NCBI GenBank assembly: GCA_963706955.1 | Contig: CAVPOC010000008.1 | Coordinates: 160,001 to 224,000 of the forward strand | DNA from: an uncultured Verrucomicrobiae bacterium | GTDB taxonomy: Bacteria; Verrucomicrobiota; Verrucomicrobiia; Chthoniobacterales; Terrimicrobiaceae | DNA length: 64,000 nucleotides | Reading direction: 5' to 3' | Program-made: the position numbers and the translations under genes | Notes under the pieces: model-generated | Seen by the model: only the letters and a program-made list of their open reading frames with translations | The model's database searches: none | What the model was told of the DNA's origin: nothing | Part shown: in pieces, positions 18,883 through 29,195 of the stretch | Position numbering within the stretch: the first letter of the stretch is position 1 | Layout: each line of letters begins with the position of its first letter

Positions 18883-20247
18883 ATGAAGCGATTGCTATTC
18901 TTCGCTGCGCTGCTGGCTGGGAACCTTCTCGCCGAAATCTCGGCACCTCAGAATCTAAGAATTGTCACCGGCGAACCATCACCAACCCCTAGTCCAGGTG
19001 ACCCGCAAGACATCGACCTGACCGGCTATAAACTGGTCTTCGAGGAAAACTTTGACGTCCTCTCTGTTGCCGACACCGACGCAAAGGGGGATAATACCTG
19101 GTATTCTTTCCCGCCCTATGGTCCGGCCGGAGCGTTCTCGAGCTCTCATTTCACTCCGGAGGCGATGCAATGCATCGACGGCATGCTTGTCAACACGGCT
19201 TCATGGAATCCGGATAGGCGCGACCCTCTCTACCAGAACTGGGAGACCGGTTGCTTGTCTAGCATGGACAAGACACGCTCTGGCTTCGCTCAGCGTTACG
19301 GGTATTGGTCGGCTCGGGTAAAAATGCCAGACGCCGGTTGGAGTGCGTGGACTGCTTTCTGGTTGGCATCGGTCAGTGGCATTCCGAATGGCGGCAGCAA
19401 AGGATACGAAATCGATATCTTCGAATGGTATGGCGATTTTAAGACCCATGTCGGACACGCGGTTCATCCCTGGAATGAGGATGGCAGCCAAGGCGACGGC
19501 GAGGGTGGCGGCTTTGGGCCGATACCTGGCGGCGACGCAACGAATACTTGGCATATCTATGGATGCAGGGTCGATCCTCAATGGATTACGTTTTACGTAG
19601 ATGGCTTCGAGAGTAAAAGATTCCCAACCAACAACGAGTATTTGGCAGAACCCTTATACATCATCATCAACTATGCTTTGAGGGGCAATCCGGTGTCTGG
19701 CGACAAGTTCGATACCAAGGAACCCTCGCACATGCTCGTCGATTGGGTTCGCGCCTATGAGTTGCCGGACGAGGAACCTGTTCCGCCGCCCACGGCGCCG
19801 ACGTCTCTGGTGACAAATCCTGGCTTTGACGACGACAAGGAGGATACCCAGACGCCTAGCGGCTGGGAAGAATGGAGCGACATGGGGTCAAATCCAAATG
19901 GCTTTACCAGGCAGGGCAACAGCTATAGCGGTTCCCACTACTATGTCATGGAGGCCGACGGCACATTTCGGCTGTTCCTAAGCCAGGTCTGCTCAATCCC
20001 GGAACCGGGACTCTACACTCTACGCGCACGGGTCATGAGTATTGGAGGATTGAATGAGGCAGCAATGATCGCCAAAGACTACGGCGGCCCCGATGTGGAT
20101 GTGGCTATCCCCACCAGCAACACCTGGACGCAAATTACGATTCCGAATATCAGGTGTGAGGGCGCGTCAGCCCGCGTCGGTTTCTGGGCCGATTCGAATG
20201 GCGGTAACTGGATCGCCATCGATGACGTGGAGTTCTTTAAGCAGTAG
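18883..20247 (+). CDS. Secreted GH16 glycoside hydrolase with C-terminal CBM-like domain
   Basis: Signal peptide, LVFEENF, YGYWSARVKMP, AFWL, catalytic EIDIFE; Pro-rich linker; LVTNPGFD...IDDVEF. Confidence 0.9.
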   Translation: MKRLLFFAALLAGNLLAEISAPQNLRIVTGEPSPTPSPGDPQDIDLTGYKLVFEENFDVLSVADTDAKGDNTWYSFPPYGPAGAFSSSHFTPEAMQCIDGMLVNTASWNPDRRDPLYQNWETGCLSSMDKTRSGFAQRYGYWSARVKMPDAGWSAWTAFWLASVSGIPNGGSKGYEIDIFEWYGDFKTHVGHAVHPWNEDGSQGDGEGGGFGPIPGGDATNTWHIYGCRVDPQWITFYVDGFESKRFPTNNEYLAEPLYIIINYALRGNPVSGDKFDTKEPSHMLVDWVRAYELPDEEPVPPPTAPTSLVTNPGFDDDKEDTQTPSGWEEWSDMGSNPNGFTRQGNSYSGSHYYVMEADGTFRLFLSQVCSIPEPGLYTLRARVMSIGGLNEAAMIAKDYGGPDVDVAIPTSNTWTQITIPNIRCEGASARVGFWADSNGGNWIAIDDVEFFKQ

Positions 20248-20474
20248 TTAGTGCGAACTATTCTGCTTGCTTAGTCAAAAAGACCTCTCCCAGGTCATTT
20301 GCTAAAAGATCGATAACGTCCTCGCCGCGAAAGGTCCGGCACCGTTCGTTGCGTGAGTCAGAATCGCCGCCGGCTGCGCCAAACCTGCGGAGATGCAGCC
20401 GAGCGTAGGAAACCGATTCTCGGAATGCTTGCACATTGAGATCCACAATGTTATGAGCTTAAAGCCTCACTCGC

Positions 20475-20834
20475 ATGAAGTCTTTGCTCGGCCTCGGAAA
20501 GGGCTTCGCCTTCATGCTCAGCTTCTGCCTTATCCTCTTGGGCAATGGTTGCGCGACGTATTATGTCTATCAGGGCGGTGGTCATCAGCCGGGCGGCCCC
20601 TGGTCGAAGCCGAGGCCACTCAATGCCTCGGCTTGGGGACTTTTTAGGGGGGATGACAGCCTCAAAGATCCGGATGTCTGTCGGCTGCCAGACGGAACGC
20701 AGGTAGGATTCGATGCTGTGAAGATCGAAACCAACGTGCTGGCGAGCGTGCTGACTCTGGGAATTTGGATGCCGGCTAAAGTTAGTTATCGCTGCGCACA
20801 AGCGCCTCCCCCCTCTGGAACTTCGGCGGATTAG
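20475..20834 (+). CDS. Bor/Iss-like lipoprotein
   Basis: Lipobox-like LGNGC; C-terminal VLTLGIWMPAKVSYRC. Confidence 0.65.
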   Translation: MKSLLGLGKGFAFMLSFCLILLGNGCATYYVYQGGGHQPGGPWSKPRPLNASAWGLFRGDDSLKDPDVCRLPDGTQVGFDAVKIETNVLASVLTLGIWMPAKVSYRCAQAPPPSGTSAD

Positions 20835-20854
20835 TTCATATATCTTGTCCTGGC

Positions 20855-22399
20855 ATGCCAATCGTTCCAGCAGACCAAAGTCCGTACGAATGGGCCAATG
20901 AGCATCGCACCGTAGGGACCACGCTGGACAAATATTTCACGGCATATAATCCAACTTCGCCGCTGAATAGAGGACTATCCGCTATGGAGATCCTCAGGAC
21001 CGCGGCTCGGGAACTCGAGCAACTCTTAAAAGACGCCCGCTCGGCTAAGAAGCACTTTAGGGCGCAGGGGGCGGGCTGGGCGCTTAATGATCTTGCCATG
21101 ACGATGCCCAATGGTTGGATGCTCTGGACAACAAATTTGAACGGCCACTGGGATGTTAGTCCAGTGCACCGTCACCCCAAATACAGCGCCGCGAAACTTA
21201 AGAACCTTGTCCTGTGTCAAGGCGGGGCTACGGTCGGCAAGCTGAACGAGTATCTTGAAAACCGGACAGCCAATCGGCGTGCGTTTCAGACTTCCGGAAT
21301 CGGAAATGGCCAGAGCATTGCGGGAGCTATCTCAGGGAGTACGCACGGTTCGGCGGTCCGCTTTGGAGCGACGCCCGACTACGTCGTCGGACTACAGTTG
21401 GTGACCGGACGCGGGAAAAGCCTGTGGCTGGAACGCGCCTCATATCCTGTGATGAACGACCGATTTATTGCCGACCTGAAGGCGGATCTTGTGCGGGACG
21501 ACGATGTCTTCGCCGCAGCGCAAGTGAGTTTGGGCGCGTTCGGCATTATCGCCTCATTAGCCTTTGAAGCCAACGAGATCTATCATCTCGCATTTCCCAC
21601 CGCCCGGGAAATCACCCAACAACAATTGGGCCAAGAGCTGGAGACGTTGGCCGATGTATCAAACGAGGACGATAGCAAATGGTATCACTATGAGTTCATC
21701 TTCAATCCATATAGACTGAAACCGATCCTCGTGGCTGCCGCTAAGAAGGTGCCATATTCAGGGCATATTCCGCCCCCGAGAGGAGCGCCGTGGGAGCTTG
21801 ATAGTGCCTGCCTGACACCTTCGGATAATCTGCCCGCGTGGGTTCTGAGACTGCCAATTCCAAGGCAAATCACCGGTTATCAGTGGAAGTGGTACCGGCA
21901 AAACGCTCTCCTGGAGAACTGGACGGGCACACCCGGCCAGGTTTTCTCAGCCACTTCGACATACTTCAGGGGTATCGTGGAAACAGCGTTCGCAGTTTCT
22001 ATCGTTGATGCCATCAAAGCCATGGACATCAGCATAGATATTGTGAGGAAGCAGCTCGTCCCGAGTATGTGTCAAGCCCGTGTGGTTCATCCGACCAAGT
22101 CCATGCTGGGCTTTACACAGCATAGTCCGAAGACGGTTGTTTTCGAGTTCGCCATGGCGAAAGGAAAAGGGCACGCGAAGTTTGAAAACGAATTGCGAAG
22201 AAGGTTCGCCGATGCCGGTATCGCCCATACCTTTCACTGGTCAAAGAACTCTGGCCTAACCGCCGCACAAATTCGGAAGATGTATGGAGAGGAAAGAGTT
22301 GGGAAATGGTTGGCGGCACGCGGTTACGTTTTCGACAATGATCCGGAACTCCAAAGAGTCTTCGACAGTCCGCATACCGTCCGAGGCGGACTCGCCTGA
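20855..22399 (+). CDS. FAD-binding oxidoreductase (ALO/PCMH family)
   Basis: RAQGAGWAL, GQSIAGAISGSTHGS, SLGAFGII, late HWSK motif. Confidence 0.8.
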   Translation: MPIVPADQSPYEWANEHRTVGTTLDKYFTAYNPTSPLNRGLSAMEILRTAARELEQLLKDARSAKKHFRAQGAGWALNDLAMTMPNGWMLWTTNLNGHWDVSPVHRHPKYSAAKLKNLVLCQGGATVGKLNEYLENRTANRRAFQTSGIGNGQSIAGAISGSTHGSAVRFGATPDYVVGLQLVTGRGKSLWLERASYPVMNDRFIADLKADLVRDDDVFAAAQVSLGAFGIIASLAFEANEIYHLAFPTAREITQQQLGQELETLADVSNEDDSKWYHYEFIFNPYRLKPILVAAAKKVPYSGHIPPPRGAPWELDSACLTPSDNLPAWVLRLPIPRQITGYQWKWYRQNALLENWTGTPGQVFSATSTYFRGIVETAFAVSIVDAIKAMDISIDIVRKQLVPSMCQARVVHPTKSMLGFTQHSPKTVVFEFAMAKGKGHAKFENELRRRFADAGIAHTFHWSKNSGLTAAQIRKMYGEERVGKWLAARGYVFDNDPELQRVFDSPHTVRGGLA

Positions 22400-22942
22400 T
22401 CTTCGCGGAATCAGCCAGCGAGTCTTGCGCCGCATCGTTGGTGTGGTTCGGCCTGCATCGGCGGCCTTGCGACACCGAACAAATTTTACAGAGGATTCCG
22501 ATAGCCCCCGCATCAAAGGTTTTTGAACATTTTCGAAAAGAACACTGTCTTGGCATCAAACAGGAGGAAGGTCGCTTACTGACAAGAATTGTTTTAGTGC
22601 CCAAAAACGCACCTTCATTTGGGTCAGACTTATGAATGATTTACGCTCTCTTTGCCGATAGAGCTTGGAGCGATTTTGCAAACCGCGGCGATCCAGCGCA
22701 ACATCACCGAATTTCCCGATGCAGCTTTGGGGCATCGCATTTTAGCGGATGTCGTTTCGGGATTGGACTAAGCGATCCCAGCCTACGCGTGCCATGCAAC
22801 GTTGCTCGGCACCTACCCTGCGAGCTTCAGCGGTGTGTCAACTCACTAACAAGGACTGACCACAATGAAGCACCGGACGAGACGACCGGCTGCAAATGAT
22901 TGCAACTGATTCGCGGATACGGCGAGACATGTTGGGGACTGT

Positions 22943-23593
22943 TCACAGGAATGTGTCATCCGGGTTGTCCTGTTTTATTTTCTTAAATATTCCGAACGGC
23001 TGTCCGACAGGCACCACAACTCGTCCAAAGTGCGTGTTCAGCACCGACGCCGCCGAGGCATAGAAAGCCAACATCGAGATGAACAGTTCGGAATAGGCGG
23101 CCAGGTTGTGCATGGCGTGCTGCATGATGCCCCAAGTGCTCAACGCAAGACCGACGAACAGCAAGTCAATCAGCACAAAGATGGCGAACAACACCTTGTG
23201 CGTCTCCATGGCGCCGATGGTCATGTAGAGGCTGAAGATCAGGTAGCCGAGAAAGGCCACGGCTAGCTGTTTAGAGTCCACGGTTGCCGCGAGCTTGTCG
23301 CCGAAAATACCCATCTGAATCAGCCACGACACGCTGACACCAAACCAGAAAAGCGCATACGCTCCGAAGGCGGTAGTGCCGAAAGTGTTGTTGTGTTTGG
23401 CGTCGTGAATGCAGGCGAACAACTGCGCGAATCCCCCCAGGAAAATGGCCCACGGCAGAACGAATGAAAGGCCGCTGGTTAAACCCAATTTCTGAGACGA
23501 TGCGACTAGCGTCACCATCGCAAGTCCAAACAGACCAATGGCCGATGGATCAGCGGTCGAGATTTTTACTTCCTGCGTCGGATGATTAATCAT
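22943..23593 (-). CDS. satP: Acetate uptake transporter (GPR1/FUN34/YaaH family)
   Basis: ADPSAIGLFGL, NTFGTTAFGAYALFW; six TM segments. Confidence 0.85.
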   Translation of the reverse strand: MINHPTQEVKISTADPSAIGLFGLAMVTLVASSQKLGLTSGLSFVLPWAIFLGGFAQLFACIHDAKHNNTFGTTAFGAYALFWFGVSVSWLIQMGIFGDKLAATVDSKQLAVAFLGYLIFSLYMTIGAMETHKVLFAIFVLIDLLFVGLALSTWGIMQHAMHNLAAYSELFISMLAFYASAASVLNTHFGRVVVPVGQPFGIFKKIKQDNPDDTFL

Positions 23594-23746
23594 GATCCGC
23601 CGTTTGCTCGAAGAAGTGTTGCCACATTTCGGGCATGAGGCTCAAGCTCAGAAATAAGTCATGCCGGGCATTGTTTTCATTGGCGCGTCCGATGATTTAT
23701 TGCCGGCGGCGAGGAAGCCGCCGCTACATCAATGCGAACTTGCGTT

Positions 23747-24610
23747 CTAAAATCCGGACTTCTTCTCTTCGGGTGTTTGGTTGAACACCGCTGGCATCGC
23801 TAACTCTCCCTCTTCGAAGTAATATTCAGTGCCGGCCTGGATTGGCAGATCGAGGATTTGCGATCCGTCGACAATTTGAAACTGTGCCTTCGCCTGCTCG
23901 TCTTCCTTGATCCTTTGCGTCGCGGCGTTGCTCCGTTCAGGGAGAAGCACACGCACTCCCTTGCCAAGCTCTTCATTCGTGAATCGATGGCCGACCGCTT
24001 TCACGGCGACAATTTGATCAAAATCTGGCGGCTTGGTGATCAGGTGCGCCAGGAAAAGCTCGTCGCCTTTCCCAAAGAGGAAATATTCAAGCTGAGCCGG
24101 CTTCTCCTGGGATGGATCGAACTTGCGCGCATGGACAACTTTGTTGACTTTTACAACCACATCCTCGAGCCCTTCGATCGGCTCGCCATTTCGCTCGAGA
24201 TGATCGCGAAAAATGGTGGCCTTGAACGATCTTAGCGCGGGAGAATCAGCGTTTGGCGTAAACAACCTGGCAAGGACGAATCGCGCCGGTTGAAGCGTGT
24301 ACATTTTTATACCGGCGTTGCTCTGCCGATCTTTCATGTAAGTCCCGGTCACGTCTTTGCCATTGCGGATGAATTTCGCCTCCAGGATCACCTGATAGCG
24401 ATGCATCGAGGTGTAGTCGGACTTGTCCTCAATGAGGCTATCAAACATCGGCAGATGGGAGAGGAAGACGGTCTTTTCTCCAATCACGAGCATGTTGTGG
24501 GTTGCTGGCGGATCACTCTCTTCCAGTCCGCTGTTTTGCCGCGCCGACACGAAACTTCCAGTGATCAGAAGTGCGGTGAGGAGGCGTGAGCTCCGGCTAT
24601 CGATCTTCAA
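23747..24610 (-). CDS. Secreted hypothetical protein
   Basis: Signal peptide; globular His-containing domain (HNML, SHLPMF, HRYQ, DHLER, AHLI); GAGGAG RBS. Confidence 0.75.
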   Translation of the reverse strand: MKIDSRSSRLLTALLITGSFVSARQNSGLEESDPPATHNMLVIGEKTVFLSHLPMFDSLIEDKSDYTSMHRYQVILEAKFIRNGKDVTGTYMKDRQSNAGIKMYTLQPARFVLARLFTPNADSPALRSFKATIFRDHLERNGEPIEGLEDVVVKVNKVVHARKFDPSQEKPAQLEYFLFGKGDELFLAHLITKPPDFDQIVAVKAVGHRFTNEELGKGVRVLLPERSNAATQRIKEDEQAKAQFQIVDGSQILDLPIQAGTEYYFEEGELAMPAVFNQTPEEKKSGF

Positions 24611-25785
24611 GGCTATTCTCCTCTCTTTTCATGCGCTCTGAACTGGGCCGACGCCGTCACAATTCTGCCTTCTCTGACGCAGCGAAGTCAAGCCCGAATC
24701 CGCTCGCACCCAGCCTCGGCCACTGGCCAGAGAATCCGACCGTTAGCCGACCTAATGGCAGTCCGACCGCGTAACATCGTCATCTCCATTGTCGATGTTT
24801 TGTCTCTCCTGGGTTCCAGGGAGATGGGGCATCTCTCTGAAAACAATGCCGCTGGAAGAATGACCAGTCGAACATCCGGGGTTTCAACTCCTGAGCGATA
24901 CTCGTTTCCGTCCTGCACCGACTGCACCGGGGCTAAGGCACGCGAACGAGGCTCTTCTTTAAAGAGGAGAACGCCTTACGGCGGGAGAATTTCATCGTCC
25001 CTTGAAACTTTGTTCCCTCTCATTAATTTCGACTTTGGGCAACTCGTCGTAGAAGCGAGAGCGTTCCTGGATACGATCGGACGAATCGACTAAGATGCTG
25101 GCCCGGAGACTTCGGATAATTGTCATGGATGGTCGGACGACTGAACGACGCTAGTAGGGCACATACGCTCGCGTGACCCGCTCCGCCCGCATGACAAGGG
25201 AGGGCGTTGACCAGAGGCGTTAGCGCCCTCGGGAACTCTGCTCCACTCAGGTCGGCAGGAAGCTGGGGGCCGGCGAAGCAGTAAAGAGTTGTTCGGCAGC
25301 TTCCCCACGAGACGGCGACTTCATGCGACGGTGAACTATTTGCGCCACTCTGGACTGCTCCGGTCGCTGAGCCGTGATAGCGTCTCGCCCCTCTTGCAGC
25401 CAGATGTGATACACTGAAAAGATTGTTTTTACTTCATCCCGTCTCATAAAGTCACCTGCGGCCGTGCAAGTTCCCACGCCCGCGCCAGAAACAAAAATAC
25501 TCACGATTTGCTTCTCAACTTAGGCAGGATTCAGCAAGAGGCCATGGTGCAAATGCACCAAAAAGCGGTCTAAAATAAATCGGATTTTAAGGGCATTTTA
25601 GCCGATCCCCAACAACGCCCGGCAGGACTGGACACAACCAGCCAGGCACCGAGGGGCGGGGCGCCCGCTGCTCATTCGGTTTCGCCACCTCACGGTCGCG
25701 CGTGTGCCTGGCCGCAACAACCCGATCGGTATTGAAACGCCCAAGTTAAGTTCTGGCGGCCGGCGTGATCCTTCCGAGCCGGCAA

Positions 25786-27012
25786 TCATGCGCGCAAATC
25801 GGCGATCTCGCGACGCCAGCTCGCGACCAACGGATCGCTCTCGGGATCTTCGCCGTTGGCGATGACAGCCTGTTTGCGGAAGGCGAGTTCGTGCTGCGCG
25901 TTGACGAGTGCGGCCGACCGGCGGCGGTCAACCCGTTTGATGCGCCGCGTGCGGAAGATGCCATCGCGGCGAACGTCGGCGAATTCCTCAGGGGTGACCG
26001 CTCCGCCCACTTCACTTGCGAGCTGTTCCTTGATGACCTTGCGCTCCCATTTACCGCTCGCGCGTAGCGTCACCAGGAGAATGACAACGAATGGAAAAAA
26101 CAGTAGCAGATTTTGGACGCTGGATACGACCCAAGCCTCAAGAAAGGGCGTTTGTGGAGGGGGTCCAGGCTCCGGCACTTCTTCGCCGGCCTGACGCAGC
26201 AGGATGGTAACGATCAAGCCGAGACCGTTGTTGAAAGAGTGTGCGAGAATGGCCAGTGCCAGGCCAATCAAAGGCGCAACCCAACGCAACCAGCGTCGGG
26301 ACGTTTGCCGGGCGATGCCGAGAAAAGCGCCGAAGATTCCGGTGAACATTGCATGACCGCCCAAGCCAAACAGCGCGAAGCGACCGCCGTATTGAAAGCC
26401 CCAGGGGGCAATTTGATATTCGGCGTACGATTGGGCGACGTAAAGAGGCGCCTCAACAAGATTGAAGCCGACGCCGACCAGTGCCCCATAAATAAACCCA
26501 TCGCGCATGTTATCGAATTCGGAGCGGAGAAGAGCAAAGAGCAAGAATACTCCGACCGCTTTCGTAAGCTCCTCAATTGGGGGCGCAGCCAGCGGAGCGC
26601 CGAGAAGAAACGCCCCCTGCGGGCCAAGGTACGCGCCGATGTGTGGGTATTGCGCCAGCCAATCTTCGACAGCGAGAATGACACCACTGTTGAGCGGCAG
26701 AGCGATTCCGGTCGCGATTACCGCGCCCCACAAGATGGAAATGGCAAAGAGCCAAGGCGACTCGCGCTCCCGCCGGTCGAGATACCGCAGTATGAGAACC
26801 GGAACGATTGACAGTGCCGCTGAGGGGAGAAGTCCGATGACGAAGAGCCGCGCCGCCTCGGCCTTCAGGGATCCCACTGCCGCGAAAATTACCGCGATAC
26901 ACACCAGAATCGTGGAGAGGAGCGCCAAGATCACGGGTATGGCAACCCTGCGCTTCCGAAGGGGAGACCCTAGTAGCAGGCGTTCGCGCGTCGAACCAGC
27001 TGACCTGCTCAT
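25786..27012 (-). CDS. PrsW family glutamic-type intramembrane protease
   Basis: APPIEELTK, DGFIYGALVGVGFNLVE, GHAMFT, LAHSFNN. Confidence 0.9.
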   Translation of the reverse strand: MSRSAGSTRERLLLGSPLRKRRVAIPVILALLSTILVCIAVIFAAVGSLKAEAARLFVIGLLPSAALSIVPVLILRYLDRRERESPWLFAISILWGAVIATGIALPLNSGVILAVEDWLAQYPHIGAYLGPQGAFLLGAPLAAPPIEELTKAVGVFLLFALLRSEFDNMRDGFIYGALVGVGFNLVEAPLYVAQSYAEYQIAPWGFQYGGRFALFGLGGHAMFTGIFGAFLGIARQTSRRWLRWVAPLIGLALAILAHSFNNGLGLIVTILLRQAGEEVPEPGPPPQTPFLEAWVVSSVQNLLLFFPFVVILLVTLRASGKWERKVIKEQLASEVGGAVTPEEFADVRRDGIFRTRRIKRVDRRRSAALVNAQHELAFRKQAVIANGEDPESDPLVASWRREIADLRA

Positions 27013-27085
27013 CGAGCCTTATCACTACACGCAAGGCGCTTCGTGGCAAGGGGACTAACAGCGTTCATCGCGAGGCCTTCAGGTT

Positions 27086-27853
27086 TCAGCCACTCCCAGC
27101 GGAATGCAAAACCGTCCCCTCCTTGTCCATCTCGATGACCGTGCTGAGACTATCACGTTGCAGACAGTAGGAGACGTCGTCCTTCAGCTCGGGGATGGAG
27201 AGTAAGCGACGGCAATTGCGCGACTCCGACATCCCAGCCAGCAGGTCGTGCCGTTCAAGCTGGAAGAGCTTGCGCGCGATGAGTGCCGAATCGGAGGCGT
27301 CGTGCGCGCACCACTCCGTCCAAAGTAGATCGCAGAGTGCTCCGGCGCAGAGCACATCCTCATAAGCTGGTTCCTCTCGGGTGCCGGCGCAGACAAGGAT
27401 AAGCTGCGGAGGCGTATGCCTGATCAGCCAGTCGGCGGTTGCTTGCAGATTAAGGAAGGAGGCCACCAGTACCGTCTGCGCATGAGCCGCTGCGCGCAAT
27501 GCACGCGTTCCATTTGTTGTCGTCATGACGATCGTTTTACCTGCGACCATTCCGCGGCGGAACTCCCGAGGGGAATTGCCTAAATCAAAGGCGATTCCAC
27601 CCGTGAGCTCCCCTAGAATCCGCACGCCCTCCCGCTCGCCCGCGAGCAGGACGTCCGGCCGTTGAGCGCGAATCGCCAGCGCCTCCGGAATGCTGGCGAC
27701 CGGAACAATGGCGCGGGCGCCCTGGTTGAGCGCGACAGCCATCGTACTGGTCGCCCGCAGGACGTCGAAGACGACACACGTGGCCGCGCTCAAATCTTCC
27801 CGCTCCAGGGCCGCAAACTCAATCGGCGAAAACAGCACCTCGAGACTTCTCAT
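27086..27853 (-). CDS. comB: 2-phosphosulfolactate phosphatase family protein
   Basis: VFDVLRATST, LAGER, LGNSPRE, TTTNGT, EDVLCAG. Confidence 0.9.
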   Translation of the reverse strand: MRSLEVLFSPIEFAALEREDLSAATCVVFDVLRATSTMAVALNQGARAIVPVASIPEALAIRAQRPDVLLAGEREGVRILGELTGGIAFDLGNSPREFRRGMVAGKTIVMTTTNGTRALRAAAHAQTVLVASFLNLQATADWLIRHTPPQLILVCAGTREEPAYEDVLCAGALCDLLWTEWCAHDASDSALIARKLFQLERHDLLAGMSESRNCRRLLSIPELKDDVSYCLQRDSLSTVIEMDKEGTVLHSAGSG

Positions 27854-28369
27854 CAGGACGAAAGAGTGAGACGAGAGGAGAAGGCGGTAACGGGCCGGTC
27901 TCTTCCCAGCATTGTCGCTAGCTGCGTCGAAGCATTTGTCTTCATGGCCAAGCGCTGTTCAGGATGAACAATGCCCAAACTCCAATCAAGATATGTGATG
28001 CGCTTACGCAAAGCAGCGATGTGGTTGAGATCGAACTCGATCAGAATTGAAGGCTCGCGGTTTCGAGCGTCGCCGAGCGACGCTTGTTCAACGATCGAGA
28101 GAAGCCCAAACACTGCTCCCGCCGAAAGACTTTCCAAGATCGGGTGCTTCTCTTCGCGATAAATGCCCACCTTTCCCTCGACGATGAGATAGAAGTATTC
28201 ACTCGGGGCATCTTCCTCGATGACGACTGCCGGCGGGTGGTTTTCGATGGTGGCGCACGCCGCCACGGCGCGAAGTTGTTCAGGGGGTGATACCCGCAAA
28301 GAGGGCTAACTCCTTCCAAAGAGCGAACATCTTTTTCGAAGTCCATAGAGTCTGAGGTTCTAATTTCAT
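27853..28369 (-). pseudogene. Cyclic nucleotide-binding domain protein, frameshifted
   Basis: LALFAGITP / EQLRAVA...FYLIVEGKV...GAVFG / RRSAT lie in different frames (extra base in the G5 run at 28283-28287, plus later shifts). Confidence 0.7.
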
Positions 28370-28483
28370 TAAAGCGCGTGGGGCAACTAAGGGTGCTCCT
28401 CGCGAGCTGAAAGCTGAGTAACACGTCGGGAAACTAACCCTTAGAGGCGGGGCACGTGTGACATCGTTTCGCGACAACGAATG

Positions 28484-28518
28484 AAAAAGAAAGTGGCCGT
28501 TCGGATGAACGGCCACTT
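28484..28518 (-). terminator. Intrinsic terminator
   Basis: Perfect 12-bp stem AAGTGGCCGTTC-ATCC-GAACGGCCACTT followed by TCTTTTT on the minus strand. Confidence 0.8.
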
Positions 28519-28543
28519 GTGTTTTACTGAGCCTGGCGAGGCT

Positions 28544-28609
28544 CTAGTTTGCGGTGCGAAGACCCAAGCGTCGGATCACCAGGACGCTCATAAAGGCTTT
28601 GTTCAGCAC
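28544..28609 (-). CDS. Putative 21-aa small peptide MLNKAFMSVLVIRRLGLRTAN
   Basis: GGAGGAG Shine-Dalgarno 8 nt before GTG; terminator 25 nt after the stop. Confidence 0.45.
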   Translation of the reverse strand: MLNKAFMSVLVIRRLGLRTAN

Positions 28610-28768
28610 GAGCTAGGCTCCTCCGTGGGGCACTTGGGCCCTCTTTCTGGTTAAGCTGAAAACAGAGACGTTCCCTTTGCCGGTTCCCCTTCGCACTGAG
28701 AACTTCAGAGTAGTCAACGGGTGCGTGGCATCCATGCTAAGAGAAGAAATCATTCGTTAACCATAATT

Positions 28769-28784
28769 AGCAGCTGCTGTGCCA
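28769..28784 (-). promoter_or_regulatory. Putative sigma54 (-24/-12) promoter
   Basis: TGGCACAGCAGCTGCT = GG-N10-GC with the TGGCAC and TGCT boxes. Confidence 0.5.
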
Positions 28785-29195
28785 AGATGAGGACCCGTGT
28801 ATTACCAAATGCAAGTGAGGTATTTACAAACAGGACGCGGTCCAACGGTTCCCCATCGGAAAAGACGAATTTGTAAAAGGGACCGACGCGCGGGCCCGCT
28901 GCGATCCAGTGCAGTCTGCTCTAGCTGCTCTCGAACAGGTATTTGCAACGAGTGCCCGGGTGTAAAGCGGCCTGACAGGACGTTTAACTTAGTAGCTTAG
29001 TGATGCTGATCGAAATTATGACTAGCAGAGCGATTTCTGGTCGAACTTCGTCGTTTGCAAACAATCTTGCTCGCGTGCCAGAGCGTGTTGAATAATCCGT
29101 CCGTTTTCCAGCTCTTGGGAGGGTGCCTTTGGCCCACACTGCATGGCGTGAAGCGTCACCAAGCGTAAGCAGAGTCTAAAGGAGACAGCTGCGCC

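Noticed and set aside
20258..20446. Minus-strand 62-aa ORF MDLNVQAFR...
   Set aside because: Only the first few residues look protein-like; cannot be supported.
24640..25780. Short ORFs in a long intergenic stretch
   Set aside because: No recognisable motifs, repeats or RNA structure.
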